Shown here: positions 9,631 to 17,963 of the stretch, piece after piece
Numbering within the stretch: the stretch's first letter is position 1
How the letters are laid out: each line of letters begins with the position of its first letter
Position numbers and translations under genes: made by a program
NCBI RefSeq assembly: GCF_000008565.1
Contig: NC_001263.1
Location: 855,776-887,775 of the forward strand
Length of the DNA: 32,000 nucleotides
Reading direction: 5' to 3'
DNA from: Deinococcus radiodurans R1 = ATCC 13939 = DSM 20539
GTDB lineage: Bacteria; Deinococcota; Deinococci; Deinococcales; Deinococcaceae
Notes under the pieces: model-generated
Databases searched by the model: none
Told to the model about the DNA's origin: nothing
Seen by the model: only the letters and a program-made list of their open reading frames with translations

Positions 9631-11516
9631 ATGCCGGTTCTCCCTGTTCCCGTTCGCTTGCGCCCGCCGCTCTGGGCCCTCGCCACTGCCCTCCTGACGC
9701 TCGGAGCGGCGCAGGCCCGGCCCGTCGCCATCGGGGGGAGCGTGCAGGCGGCCAGCGTGGGCACCCGGCTGCTCGGCGGCGCGGAGATGCTGCCGGTCTG
9801 GTCGCTGCCCCGCCTGGGGGTAGAAGTTCGTAACGATCCGCAGGACTTGCGCCTGAAATGGGGAGCGCGTGAACTGCGCTACGCGCCGGAGCGGGGCTGG
9901 CGCGCGCTGGGATTGAGCCTGAATGGCTCCCTGCCCGCGCCGCAGCTTCAGGGCCAGAGCCTGTACGCGCCGCTCGCCGCCCTGCGCCTGCTCGGAGTGC
10001 CGCTGGAGGCCGATACGCCGGGGCTCCTCGCCTTCAGCGCGCCGCTGCGGGTGCCGGGGGAGACGTTGCCGCCTTCGCCGGACCTGCCGCCAGTCCTGTC
10101 ATCTCCAACGGCGCCTTCCCCGGTGGTGCCGACGACCTTCTCAGCCGACGCTGTGACCACCGCGCCGCCTCCGACTCAGACCACGCTGGGGCCGGTGCCA
10201 GTGTTCGGGAACCAGTTGCAGACGGTCCGGGTCAACCGCGAGTTGCACCGGCAGGTGGAAACGCAGCGGGTGGTGCTCGAACTCTCGGCGCCCGTCGTTC
10301 ACGAGGTGCAGCGCATCACCGATGGGCTGGCGGTGCGGCTGCCGGGGGTGGGCCTCACGCCGGGCGAGCAGGCCTTACCTTCCGGGGACCGGCTCACGCT
10401 GGAGCAGGACGCCGGGGGCGGCTGGGTGCGGCTGCATACCGGCGAGGGCCGCAGCGAGGTGTTCACCCTGGCGGACCCGCCCCGCATCGTCATCGACACG
10501 GTGACGCAGCTCAGCCGCGAGGTGCCGCCGCCGCTCGACCCGCAGGCGTTGCCCGCCGGGGTGACCTACCGGCAGCTCGGCGGGCTGCACCTGTTGAGTT
10601 TCGACCCGGCCCGCTTTCAGGCGCGGGTGGTCTCGGCACCGCGCGGCAGCTTTGCCGAAGTGGCGCAGCTCGTGACGCAGACCGGCGGCGTAGCAGGGGT
10701 CAACGCGAGTTACTTCGACCTGGCCTCCGCCCTGCCAGTGGACCTCGTGGTCAGCGGGGGATTGATGACCGCCGCCAGCCTGGAAAAACGCGCGACGGTG
10801 GGGCTGCTGCCGGGAGGCGGCCTGATTTTTGGATATCCCCGGCCCCGCTACCGGGTGCGCGGGGCCTTCGGCGAAGTGCAGGCGAACGCGGTGACCAGCC
10901 GGGCGCGGCCCGAGTGGCTCACGGCTTTTGTCGGTGATGGGCAAACGTTGGTCGGCGCGGCGGGGCTGCTCACCCTGCACGTGCAGCTCGGCGCGGGTAC
11001 GGTGACGCGGGCGGTGTCTGGCCCCCACGTGCCCCCGGCGGGCACCCTCACCCTCACCTTCGACCCCGCCCGGTTCGCGCAGTTGCCCCGGCAGGCGGGT
11101 GAACCGCTGGACGTCGGCCTCGACTGGCGCACGGACGACGCGCCGTGGCCGCAGACCCGCGACGCCCTGAGCGCCGGGCCGCTGCTGGTGCAGGCGGGCC
11201 GCCCCGTGACCGACCCACGCCGTGAGGGATTCGATACGGGCGCGTCCATCTGGCGCCCGACCCGGCAGGTGGCGCTGGGCTTGTGGCGGGGCCAGCCCAC
11301 CATCGCTTATCTGGAGCACGGCACCCCCGAGGCGTTTGCTGCCGCGCTGGTGCAGGCGGGCCTGAGCGACGCCTGCGGCTCGACAGCGGCAGCAGCGCCA
11401 CCGCCTACAGCACGAGCGGCTACGGCGACCTCGGCGGCTACCTCAACACGGTGTGGAGCCGCCCGGTGCCCAACGCCATCGTGTTCGTGCCGAAGGTGAC
11501 GGGCGCGGCGCGGTAA
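9631..11516 (+). pseudogene. Secreted multi-domain protein (stalk-like N-domain, AMIN-like domain, phosphodiester glycosidase/DUF2233 domain), interrupted by a 1-nt frameshift near 11372
   Basis: Signal peptide [29 protein letters not shown]. The AMIN-like stretch runs [14 protein letters not shown]...[13 protein letters not shown]. The DUF2233-like core runs [12 protein letters not shown]...[14 protein letters not shown]...[18 protein letters not shown]. The family-typical end ...[18 protein letters not shown]...AIVFVPK continues in the frame of ORF 11283..11516. Span length 1886 nt equals 3n-1. Confidence 0.8.
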
Positions 11517-11532
11517 ACGTCGCGGAGCGTTC

Positions 11533-12126
11533 TCAGCCGAGCAGTTCGAGCAGGCGCAGGTAAGCCTGAGCGGTCACCTGCACGTCGCCGTAACTGCGGT
11601 GCCGACCGCCGGGGGCGAACTCCAGGCCCAGCCGCTCGGCGAGCACGGTGAGGTTGTGCGTCCGCTCGCGGGGAAAGGCGCGGCGCGAGAGCTGCATGGT
11701 GCACAGCTCGCGCTCGGGCGCCCAGCTCAGGCCCAGCCGCTCGGCGCCCGCCCGCATGAAACCGCCGTCGAAGCTGACGTTGTGCGCCACCACCGCCGAG
11801 CCGTCCACGAAGTCGAAAAAGTCGGGCAGCACGTCTTTTATGGCTGGCGCCCGGCGCACCATCTCGTCGCTGATGCCGTGGACCCGCTGGGCCTGCCAGG
11901 GAATGCTCAGCAGGCTGCCGTCGGGCCGGGTGGGGCGCACCAGCGTCTCAAACTTCAGCGTCTCGTCGATCTGTCCGCCCACGATCCGCACCGCGCCGAT
12001 TTCGACAATGGCCGCGCTCGCCGGAGAAAACCCGGTCGTTTCCAGGTCGAACACCACCACGTCCTGCGGCCAGGGACCGCCCGCCGTCTGTGCCTTTCCT
12101 GCTGTTTTCATTCCACCTGCCGTCAC
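11533..12126 (-). CDS. Stand-alone DEDDh 3'-5' exonuclease (DnaQ/DNA polymerase III epsilon-like)
   Basis: Exo [10 protein letters not shown], Exo [11 protein letters not shown], Exo [18 protein letters not shown] start at 12126 (6 nt after a TAGCCT box), or ATG at 12111. Confidence 0.85.
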   Translation of the reverse strand: MTAGGMKTAGKAQTAGGPWPQDVVVFDLETTGFSPASAAIVEIGAVRIVGGQIDETLKFETLVRPTRPDGSLLSIPWQAQRVHGISDEMVRRAPAIKDVLPDFFDFVDGSAVVAHNVSFDGGFMRAGAERLGLSWAPERELCTMQLSRRAFPRERTHNLTVLAERLGLEFAPGGRHRSYGDVQVTAQAYLRLLELLG

Positions 12127-12132
12127 GCCCCG

Positions 12133-12138
12133 AGGCTA
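12133..12138 (-). promoter_or_regulatory. -10 box TAGCCT for the exonuclease gene
   Basis: Minus-strand TAGCCT lies 6 nt upstream of GTG 12126. Confidence 0.4.
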
Positions 12139-12237
12139 GCGCCTGCGCCGCCCCCGTGCTGTTACCCGGTCGGCAAAGCGGTGGCATCGCCTGCGGAGCG
12201 AAACGGAGGGCCAAGGCGCTCCCGGGCGGCCCCGCGC

Positions 12238-12243
12238 TACCCT
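12238..12243 (+). promoter_or_regulatory. -10 box TACCCT for the CPBP protease gene
   Basis: TACCCT lies 9 nt upstream of ATG 12253. Confidence 0.4.
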
Positions 12244-12252
12244 GACCCCAGA

Positions 12253-13352
12253 ATGACTGCTCCGGACCGCCCGCCGCCCCCACCTGCCCGGCCCGAGGAG
12301 CAGGTGACGCCTTCCTTGCCTGCCGCACCCAGCCCAGGCTGGCCGGAGGATGGGGCACTGCCTCCCGTGCAGGCCGCACCGTCCCCGGAAGCTCCCCAGG
12401 ACACCGGGCCACAAATCACGGCGCTCAGCGGCAACCGCGCCGCCCTGACTCTGCTGGTGGTGCAGAACGTGGTGTCGGCGTTCGCGATGGGCGTGTGGGT
12501 GCCGCTGGGCGCGAACGGACAGGCGGTGCGCTTGGGGCTGGGGCTGCCGCTCGGCACGGCGCTGCTGCTGTCGTTTGCCGTGACGGTGCTGGTGGCGCTG
12601 ACCGCTTTCAAAGGGGCGATGGCGCGCTGCGGGCCGACACCCGCTGGCGCACGCCGCCGTCGTGGGGCACGGCGCTGGCGGCCTTCGTGCTGGCGTTTCT
12701 GGCGTCGCGGGCCTTCGTCATCGCCTACGTGATGCTGGTGCCGAGCGCCGCCGACACCGTGCCCGAGTTCCTGTCGCGCGGGGCGGACGTGGTGCCGCTC
12801 GTCCTCGCGGCGGGGCTGCTTATTCCCCTGGCCGAGGAAATCGCCTTTCGCGGCCTGATGATGCGCGGCCAGGAACGCGCCGCCGGGTTCGGGGTGGCAG
12901 CGGTGGCGACCACTGTGGCCTTTGCGCTGGCGCACGGGGTTCCGGCGAGCATCGCAGGCATCTTGCCGCTCGCTTACGTGCTGGCGCGCCTCACCCAGCA
13001 CACCGGCAGCCTGTGGGACTCGGTCATCGTTCACGCGCTCAACAACCTGCTCGCGGTGGTTCTGGGGCTGGTTCTGATCGGCAAAGTCGGCCAGGGCCAG
13101 AGCGGTGACCTGCTCGCGGGCGGCGCGTTGCGGCTGCCCGCCGCCCTGCTCGCCCTGCTGTTCGGCGCCGCCGTGCTCACGGTGCTGCATCTGTGGCTCA
13201 CGCCCCGGCCCGACCCAGTGGAGCGGCGCGCCCCCGGCCCCTGGGTCAGCGGGTCTTACGTGATCATCGTGCTGTTCGGGCTGGCGCTGGCGCTGCTCTC
13301 GCTGCCGGGGGTGCAGAGTCTGTTCGACACGGCGGAGCGCTTCTTGCGCTGA
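12253..13352 (+). pseudogene. CPBP (CAAX/Abi) family intramembrane glutamic protease with a Pro-rich N-terminal extension, interrupted by a 1-nt frameshift in the G-run at 12613-12616
   Basis: The N-terminal part is in the frame of ORF 11599..12732: [16 protein letters not shown]...[22 protein letters not shown]...[10 protein letters not shown], after which that frame becomes Arg/Trp-rich garbage. The C-terminal part is in the frame of ORF 12495..13352: ...[28 protein letters not shown]...[12 protein letters not shown]...FALAHG...HALNNL (CPBP motifs 1-3). Span 1100 nt equals 3n-1. Confidence 0.75.
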
Positions 13353-13403
13353 GGCCATCAGCCGTGGGGGCGCCGTATCCTGGCCGGGCGGCGCCCCGCG
13401 CAT

Positions 13404-13409
13404 TACAGT
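13404..13409 (+). promoter_or_regulatory. -10 box TACAGT, 6 nt upstream of ATG 13416
   Basis: TAnnnT hexamer adjacent to the start codon, with no SD. Confidence 0.45.
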
Positions 13410-13415
13410 GCCCGG

Positions 13416-14219
13416 ATGCCCGCTCCCCGTTCCCGCGCCTCTGCTCGCTCGTCCAAACCCCGGAATAAGCCCCAACCCCAGCCCCAACCCCAGGCCCCTA
13501 CGTCCGCGCCGCTGCCCGCCGAGGTGCTGACCCGGCCTGAGGCGTTCGGGGCCGCCGTGGTGCGCTCGGGGGCAGGCGTCGGGGAGTACTGGCTGCCGGT
13601 GTTGGTCGCGGCGCTGCTGTCGGGCCTGAGCTACGCGCTGCTGCTGCGGCCCGGGCTCAACCTCGCGGCGCAGGCGGCGCACACGGCGGGACAGGGGGCC
13701 AAACTCACGCCGCCGCTGCTGACGCACGTGACCAATGTCTTCGGCAGCGTCTTTCTGACGGCGCTCACCTTCGGGCTGATGTGGGGGCTGGGTTTACTGG
13801 GCAGCCGGCTCGGCACGGCGGCGGGCGAAACGCGGCGCTTGCCCGTCGCGCAGGTCTTCAGCGCCACTTTCACCCTGCCCATGTTGCTGAGCGTGCTGAC
13901 GCTGGTGCTGATCGCGCTGACCCCGGCGGCGAGCTGGGCGCTCGACCCGGCGCAGGTCACCGCCGCGCATGGAGCGCCGCTGGCGCTGCAACGGGCGGCT
14001 CTGGTGAGCGCTGCGCAGACCCCGGCGGCGCTGGTGCTGGTGCTGGGCAGCCTGCTCGTGACCGCCGCGCAGTGCGTGCTGGCGGGCCGGGCGCTGCGCG
14101 GCGCGGGGGCCGGTGCCGGGGCGTGGCCCGCCGCGCTGCTCCCACTGCTGCCCGCGCTGCTGGTGCAACTTTTAGGGTTTCTGCCGCTCTTGGTAGCGCG
14201 CCTCACAACCGGGGGCTGA
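13416..14219 (+). CDS. Hypothetical polytopic membrane protein (possibly Yip1-like), with an N-terminal PQPQPQPQ tract
   Basis: 267 aa. A basic and Pro/Gln-rich N-terminus is followed by about 5 hydrophobic segments. Codon usage is genome-typical. The family call is tentative. Confidence 0.7.
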   Translation: MPAPRSRASARSSKPRNKPQPQPQPQAPTSAPLPAEVLTRPEAFGAAVVRSGAGVGEYWLPVLVAALLSGLSYALLLRPGLNLAAQAAHTAGQGAKLTPPLLTHVTNVFGSVFLTALTFGLMWGLGLLGSRLGTAAGETRRLPVAQVFSATFTLPMLLSVLTLVLIALTPAASWALDPAQVTAAHGAPLALQRAALVSAAQTPAALVLVLGSLLVTAAQCVLAGRALRGAGAGAGAWPAALLPLLPALLVQLLGFLPLLVARLTTGG

Positions 14220-14238
14220 CCTCGGCGGGCCGGGGCGC

Positions 14239-14244
14239 TAGCCT
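14239..14244 (+). promoter_or_regulatory. -10 box TAGCCT, 7 nt upstream of ATG 14252
   Basis: TAnnnT hexamer adjacent to the start codon, with no SD. Confidence 0.45.
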
Positions 14245-14251
14245 GAGGTCC

Positions 14252-14734
14252 ATGACCGACTTCATACCGACCACCGACCTGAGTGACGCCCAGCCACAAG
14301 CGCAGGTGGCTGCGCCGGTCTTGCGCGACTTCGGGGGCCGAACGCGCTTTCAGGGCGCCGCCGTGACCCTGCGAATCAGCGAAAACAACCCGCTGGTGCG
14401 CCAGACGCTGCAAACGCCGGGCGCGGGCCGCGTGCTTGTGGTGGACGGCGGCGGGAGCCTCAACTGCGCGCTGCTGGGCGGCAACCTGGGGGTCTTCGGG
14501 GTGGAGAACGGCTGGGAAGGCGTCATCATCCACGGCTGCGTGCGCGACACCGCCGAGCTGCGCGAGCTCGACCTCGGCATCCGGGCGCTGGCAGCGCATC
14601 CCCGGCGCAGCGGCAAACTCGAGGAAGGCGAGCGCGACGTGCCGGTCACCTTCGCGGGCGTGACCATTCGCCCCGGTGACCACGTGGTGGCCGACGAGGA
14701 CGGCTGGCTGGTCCTCGGCGCGGAGTCGCCGTGA
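14252..14734 (+). CDS. rraA: RraA family protein (RNase E regulator / 4-hydroxy-4-methyl-2-oxoglutarate aldolase fold)
   Basis: 160 aa from the internal ATG of ORF 13781..14734. [13 protein letters not shown]...[22 protein letters not shown]...[13 protein letters not shown]...VADEDGWLV are RraA/MenG-family signatures. Confidence 0.88.
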   Translation: MTDFIPTTDLSDAQPQAQVAAPVLRDFGGRTRFQGAAVTLRISENNPLVRQTLQTPGAGRVLVVDGGGSLNCALLGGNLGVFGVENGWEGVIIHGCVRDTAELRELDLGIRALAAHPRRSGKLEEGERDVPVTFAGVTIRPGDHVVADEDGWLVLGAESP

Positions 14735-14774
14735 CCGACGGGTCTACCAGCGGCACTGCGCTGAGGGGGCCGGC

Positions 14775-15953
14775 ATGACCCAGGCGAGCAGCTCCGCTGG
14801 GACGCCTGCTGTGTTCGTCGTGTCGCCTGCCGAGGCCCAAGCGACCGCACTGGCTGCCGAGCTGCCGGGCACCGAGGTGCGCTGGGTGGCCGACGGCGAC
14901 CAGTTGCTGCGCGAGGCGCACGCCCGGATTCCCCAGGTCGTGCTGCTCTACAGCCAGGTGCCGGGCACGCCGCTGGGTCAGGTGCTGGGCATTCTGCGTC
15001 AACGCGCCGAACTCGCCTCCACCCACTGGCTGGCGGTGGGGTCAAGTGGGCTGGGCGACCTGCTGGCTGCCGGGGCCGACGCGCTGATTGGGGACACCAC
15101 GCCCCCTCCGGCCCTCGCTGCCCAGGTCCGCACGCTGCTGGGCCGCGCCGCGCAGCAAACCCACCTGCAAGAGCGCCTGACCCGCTTACAGGGCCGGCTC
15201 GACGGCTGGGAACACGACGAACAGGTGCGCGACCAGTTGGTCCACATGCTGGTGCACGACCTCAAAAACCCCATCGCGGCGGTCATTGGCCTGCTGCAAA
15301 TCGTCGAGGACGACGACGGCCTCTCGAACGAGTCGCGTGAGTTGCTGCGGCTGTGCCGGGACGAGTCGCAGCACCTGCTGCACCTCACCGTCAACATGCT
15401 CGATGTCCGCAAGATTCAGGCGGGCAAGATGAACCTCCGGCGCGAACTGATGTTCAGCCCGATGTTCGAGGAAGTCATCGAACTCGCGCGCGGCGACGTG
15501 GGCAGCAGCCTGCGCGAGCGCCGCGTGGGCGTGCAGGTGGCGCGTGACCTGAATCCCGTGAGCGCCGACCCCGAGATTCTGCGCCGCGTCCTCGCCAACC
15601 TGCTCAGCAACGCCCTCAAGCACAGCCTGAGCGGTTCGGCGATCACCGTCAGCGTGCAGGCCGAGCGCGGTGGCGGGGGCGTGCGCCTGAGCGTGCGTGA
15701 CCACGGCGAGGGTATTCCCGCCGAGGACATCCCCAACCTTTTCGCCGCCTTTGAGCAAAGCCGCCTGACCCTGCATGGCCGCTTCGACACCGGCATGGGC
15801 CTGGCCTTTTGCAAGATGGCCATCGAGCAGCACGATGGGCGCATCTGGGTCGAGTCGGTGCGCGGCGAGGGCTCCGAATTTTTCATGACGCTGCCCTACG
15901 CGCAGGACCCCGAAGACGGGGACGACGACGATTACGCCGAACTGCTGACTTGA
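14775..15953 (+). CDS. Cytoplasmic histidine kinase with an N-terminal degenerate (pseudo-)receiver domain
   Basis: 392 aa from ATG 14775 (GAGGGGG SD 6 nt upstream). H-box [13 protein letters not shown]-box [12 protein letters not shown]1 [10 protein letters not shown]-box FAAFEQ, G2 GMGLAFCK. The N-terminal ~120 aa has a CheY-like layout. The acidic pocket and phospho-acceptor positions read VFVVSPAE and [10 protein letters not shown] (no Asp). No TM segments. The C-terminal tail is acidic. Confidence 0.88.
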   Translation: MTQASSSAGTPAVFVVSPAEAQATALAAELPGTEVRWVADGDQLLREAHARIPQVVLLYSQVPGTPLGQVLGILRQRAELASTHWLAVGSSGLGDLLAAGADALIGDTTPPPALAAQVRTLLGRAAQQTHLQERLTRLQGRLDGWEHDEQVRDQLVHMLVHDLKNPIAAVIGLLQIVEDDDGLSNESRELLRLCRDESQHLLHLTVNMLDVRKIQAGKMNLRRELMFSPMFEEVIELARGDVGSSLRERRVGVQVARDLNPVSADPEILRRVLANLLSNALKHSLSGSAITVSVQAERGGGGVRLSVRDHGEGIPAEDIPNLFAAFEQSRLTLHGRFDTGMGLAFCKMAIEQHDGRIWVESVRGEGSEFFMTLPYAQDPEDGDDDDYAELLT

Positions 15954-15967
15954 GCGTGGACAAGCAC

Positions 15968-16011
15968 ACGAACAACGGCCCGCGAACTTGAAGTCGTGGG
16001 CCGTTGTTCGT
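15968..16011. terminator. 14-bp perfect hairpin between convergent genes (probable bidirectional terminator or former terminator)
   Basis: ACGAACAACGGCCC (15968-15981) pairs with GGGCCGTTGTTCGT (15998-16011), with a 16-nt loop. It lies 15 nt after the kinase stop. There is no clear U-tract on either side. Confidence 0.55.
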
Positions 16012-16219
16012 ATGACTCATACGGCTTTAATCCGATTCCCGAACATCCGGAAAGGCGCCGGATGCCCGTCCATCTCCTTATACGGATTCCGATTGAATCT
16101 GGTCGTTTCAGATTCAATCCGAGCGGATGCGAGCAGGAAAAAATACGGATTCCGCGATATGGATGCACAGGCGGCGCTTTCCCGACTGTGCAGGAATTAA
16201 GCGGAATCCGTATGACTCA
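16009..16219. repeat. Hairpin-rich MITE/SNR-like element (16020-16208) flanked by 11-bp direct repeats CGTATGACTCA
   Basis: Direct repeats lie at 16009-16019 and 16209-16219, exactly 200 bp apart. Inside, the ATACGGATTCCG motif occurs at 16080-16091 and 16143-16155 (direct) and at 16201-16213 (inverted). There is an 11-bp hairpin (16091-16101/16109-16119), a 7-bp hairpin (16044-16050/16058-16064), and the palindrome CGTATGA-C-TCATACG (16009-16023). Confidence 0.65.
16138..16213 (-). terminator. Probable crtI terminator built from the repeat element
   Basis: On the minus strand, ATACGGATTCCGC (16213..16201) pairs perfectly with GCGGAATCCGTAT (16155..16143). The inner stem is TGCACAG/CTGTGCA. 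It is followed by TTTTT(T) (16142..16138) and starts 4 nt after the crtI stop. Confidence 0.6.
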
Positions 16220-17863
16220 GCGCCGGATGTCCGCGTGAATCCCGAAGTCCTCGGCGATCAGGCGGGCCGTCATCTTGGCCGACATCATCACGCTCGGCGT
16301 CCCGGCGCCCGGCTGCGCGCCCGCGCCGACGAGGTAGAAGTTGTGCAGGTCCTCGCTGCGGTTGTGCGGGCGGAAAAAAGCGCTCTGGACAAGCCGTGGC
16401 TCCGGCCCGAAGGCGTTGCCGAGGTAGCTGTCGAGCGTGCCCGCGAAGTAGTCGGGCGTGATGAACTCGAAGTGGGTCAGGCGCTCACGCAGCCCCGGAA
16501 TCAGGCCGCGCCGTTCGATGTCGGCCAGGGCAGCTTCGGCCAGCTTTGGCCCTTCCACGTCCCAGTCGATGCCGCTGCCGTTGTGGGGCACCGGCACCAG
16601 CGTGTAGGCGGCGTGGTGCCCGGCGGGGGCCAGCGCGGGGTCGGTCAGCGTGGGCACATGCAGGTACTGGCTGAAATCCTCGCCGAGCCGCTTGGTCCCG
16701 AAAATCTCGCTCAGCAGCGCCTCGTAGCGCGGCCCCAGCAGGATGTTGTGGTGCTTGAGCGGCAGATCGTCGCCGCCGCGAAAGCCGAAATAGACGACGA
16801 GCAGGCTCATGCTTTCGCTGGCGGCCTTCACCCGCAGGTCCGAATTGACCAGCCGCGCCGAGGGACGCACGCGCTTGAGGTAGGTGTTCGCCCAGTCGCC
16901 GTTGCTCGCCACCAGGTCGGCCCGCAGCTCTTCGCCGCTCTCCAGCCGCACACCGCGCGCTGTGCGTTTGCCGGGTAGATTGCCGTCCACCAGCACCTCG
17001 TCTACGCCGGCGCCGTAGCGGATGGCTCCGCCGAGCTCCTCAAATTTCTGCACCAGCCCGCGCACCAGCGCCCCGGTGCCGCCCATCGCGTAGTGGATGC
17101 CCCAGGTCTTCTCGACGAAGTGAATCATCGCGTAGATGGCGGGCACGCTCAGCGGATTGCCGCCGACGAGCAGCGTCTCGAAGGAAAAGACCTGCCGCAG
17201 TTTGTCCGACTGGAAGTATTTAGACGTGAACGAAAAGAGGGTGCGCACCGCGTCGAGCTTCAGCAGGTCGGGCACCACCCGCAGCATCGTCGGCACGTCG
17301 CCGAAATGGGTGTAGCCGAGTTCCAGAAAGCCCCGCCGGAAAATCGCCTCGGCGTCGGCGTGAAAGCGCTCATAGCCCGCGAGGTCGCCCGGCGCGAGTT
17401 CGGCAATCTGGCGCCGGGTGCTCTCCGGGTCGCCGTCGTAGTCGAAATACGTGCCGTCATGAAAGACGATGCGGTAGAAGGGCAAAATCGGCACCAGCGT
17501 CACGTACCGGCTGGTGTGGGGGCCGCCGCTCACGCCCTCCTTGACCCGCTCGCCGCTCAGCACCTCGGGTGGGTAGTCGGGCGCGTCCAGGCCAGCGCGG
17601 TCCCGCTCCAGCGCGAACAGTTCCTCGATGAAATGCGGCACCGTCAGCACGGTCGGCCCCATGTCGAACACATACCCGTCCGGCGTGCGCTTCTGGTAGG
17701 CGCGACCCCCCGGTCCATCGAGCCGTTCCAGAATGGTGGTGTCGAAGCCTAGGCTTTGCAGCCGAATGCCGAGCGCGAGGCCGCCGAAGCCCGCGCCGAT
17801 GACGAGGGCCGTCTTGCGGCGGGCATAGGGCGAAGGAGCAGGGCGAGGAAGTGCAGATGTCAT
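16217..17863 (-). CDS. crtI: Phytoene desaturase (CrtI family)
   Basis: 548 aa. N-terminal FAD fold [19 protein letters not shown] and CrtI-typical C-terminus [23 protein letters not shown]. It lies adjacent to phytoene synthase. Confidence 0.95.
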   Translation of the reverse strand: MTSALPRPAPSPYARRKTALVIGAGFGGLALGIRLQSLGFDTTILERLDGPGGRAYQKRTPDGYVFDMGPTVLTVPHFIEELFALERDRAGLDAPDYPPEVLSGERVKEGVSGGPHTSRYVTLVPILPFYRIVFHDGTYFDYDGDPESTRRQIAELAPGDLAGYERFHADAEAIFRRGFLELGYTHFGDVPTMLRVVPDLLKLDAVRTLFSFTSKYFQSDKLRQVFSFETLLVGGNPLSVPAIYAMIHFVEKTWGIHYAMGGTGALVRGLVQKFEELGGAIRYGAGVDEVLVDGNLPGKRTARGVRLESGEELRADLVASNGDWANTYLKRVRPSARLVNSDLRVKAASESMSLLVVYFGFRGGDDLPLKHHNILLGPRYEALLSEIFGTKRLGEDFSQYLHVPTLTDPALAPAGHHAAYTLVPVPHNGSGIDWDVEGPKLAEAALADIERRGLIPGLRERLTHFEFITPDYFAGTLDSYLGNAFGPEPRLVQSAFFRPHNRSEDLHNFYLVGAGAQPGAGTPSVMMSAKMTARLIAEDFGIHADIRR

Positions 17864-17885
17864 GACAGTAAACCTCGGAAGTCGG

Positions 17886-17947
17886 GAAATCAGAAATCAG
17901 GGAAAAAGAACAGGGAACAGGGAAGAGGCCGGAGAACGCTGGGCCTC
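17886..17947 (-). promoter_or_regulatory. crtB-crtI intercistronic hairpin plus pyrimidine-rich tandem repeats
   Basis: The minus strand reads GAGGCC-N11-GGCCTC (17947..17925), then TTCCCTG TTCCCTG TTCTTTTTCCCTG ATTTCTG ATTTCC. The function is unknown (attenuator or RNA-binding site?). Confidence 0.35.
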
Positions 17948-17963
17948 CCGGAGGGGTGACAGA

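Noticed and set aside
12237-13727. 496-aa ORF antisense to the CPBP protease and the membrane protein gene
   Set aside because: Same artefact class. It is extremely Arg/Gly/Pro-rich and overlaps genes whose sense frames carry conserved CPBP motifs.
16020-16213. Repeated ATACGGATTCCG units considered as a possible CRISPR array
   Set aside because: There are only 3-4 short units, in mixed orientation with irregular spacing (about 50-60 nt). They pair with each other into hairpins. No cas genes or leader are present. The arrangement fits a MITE/REP-type element instead.
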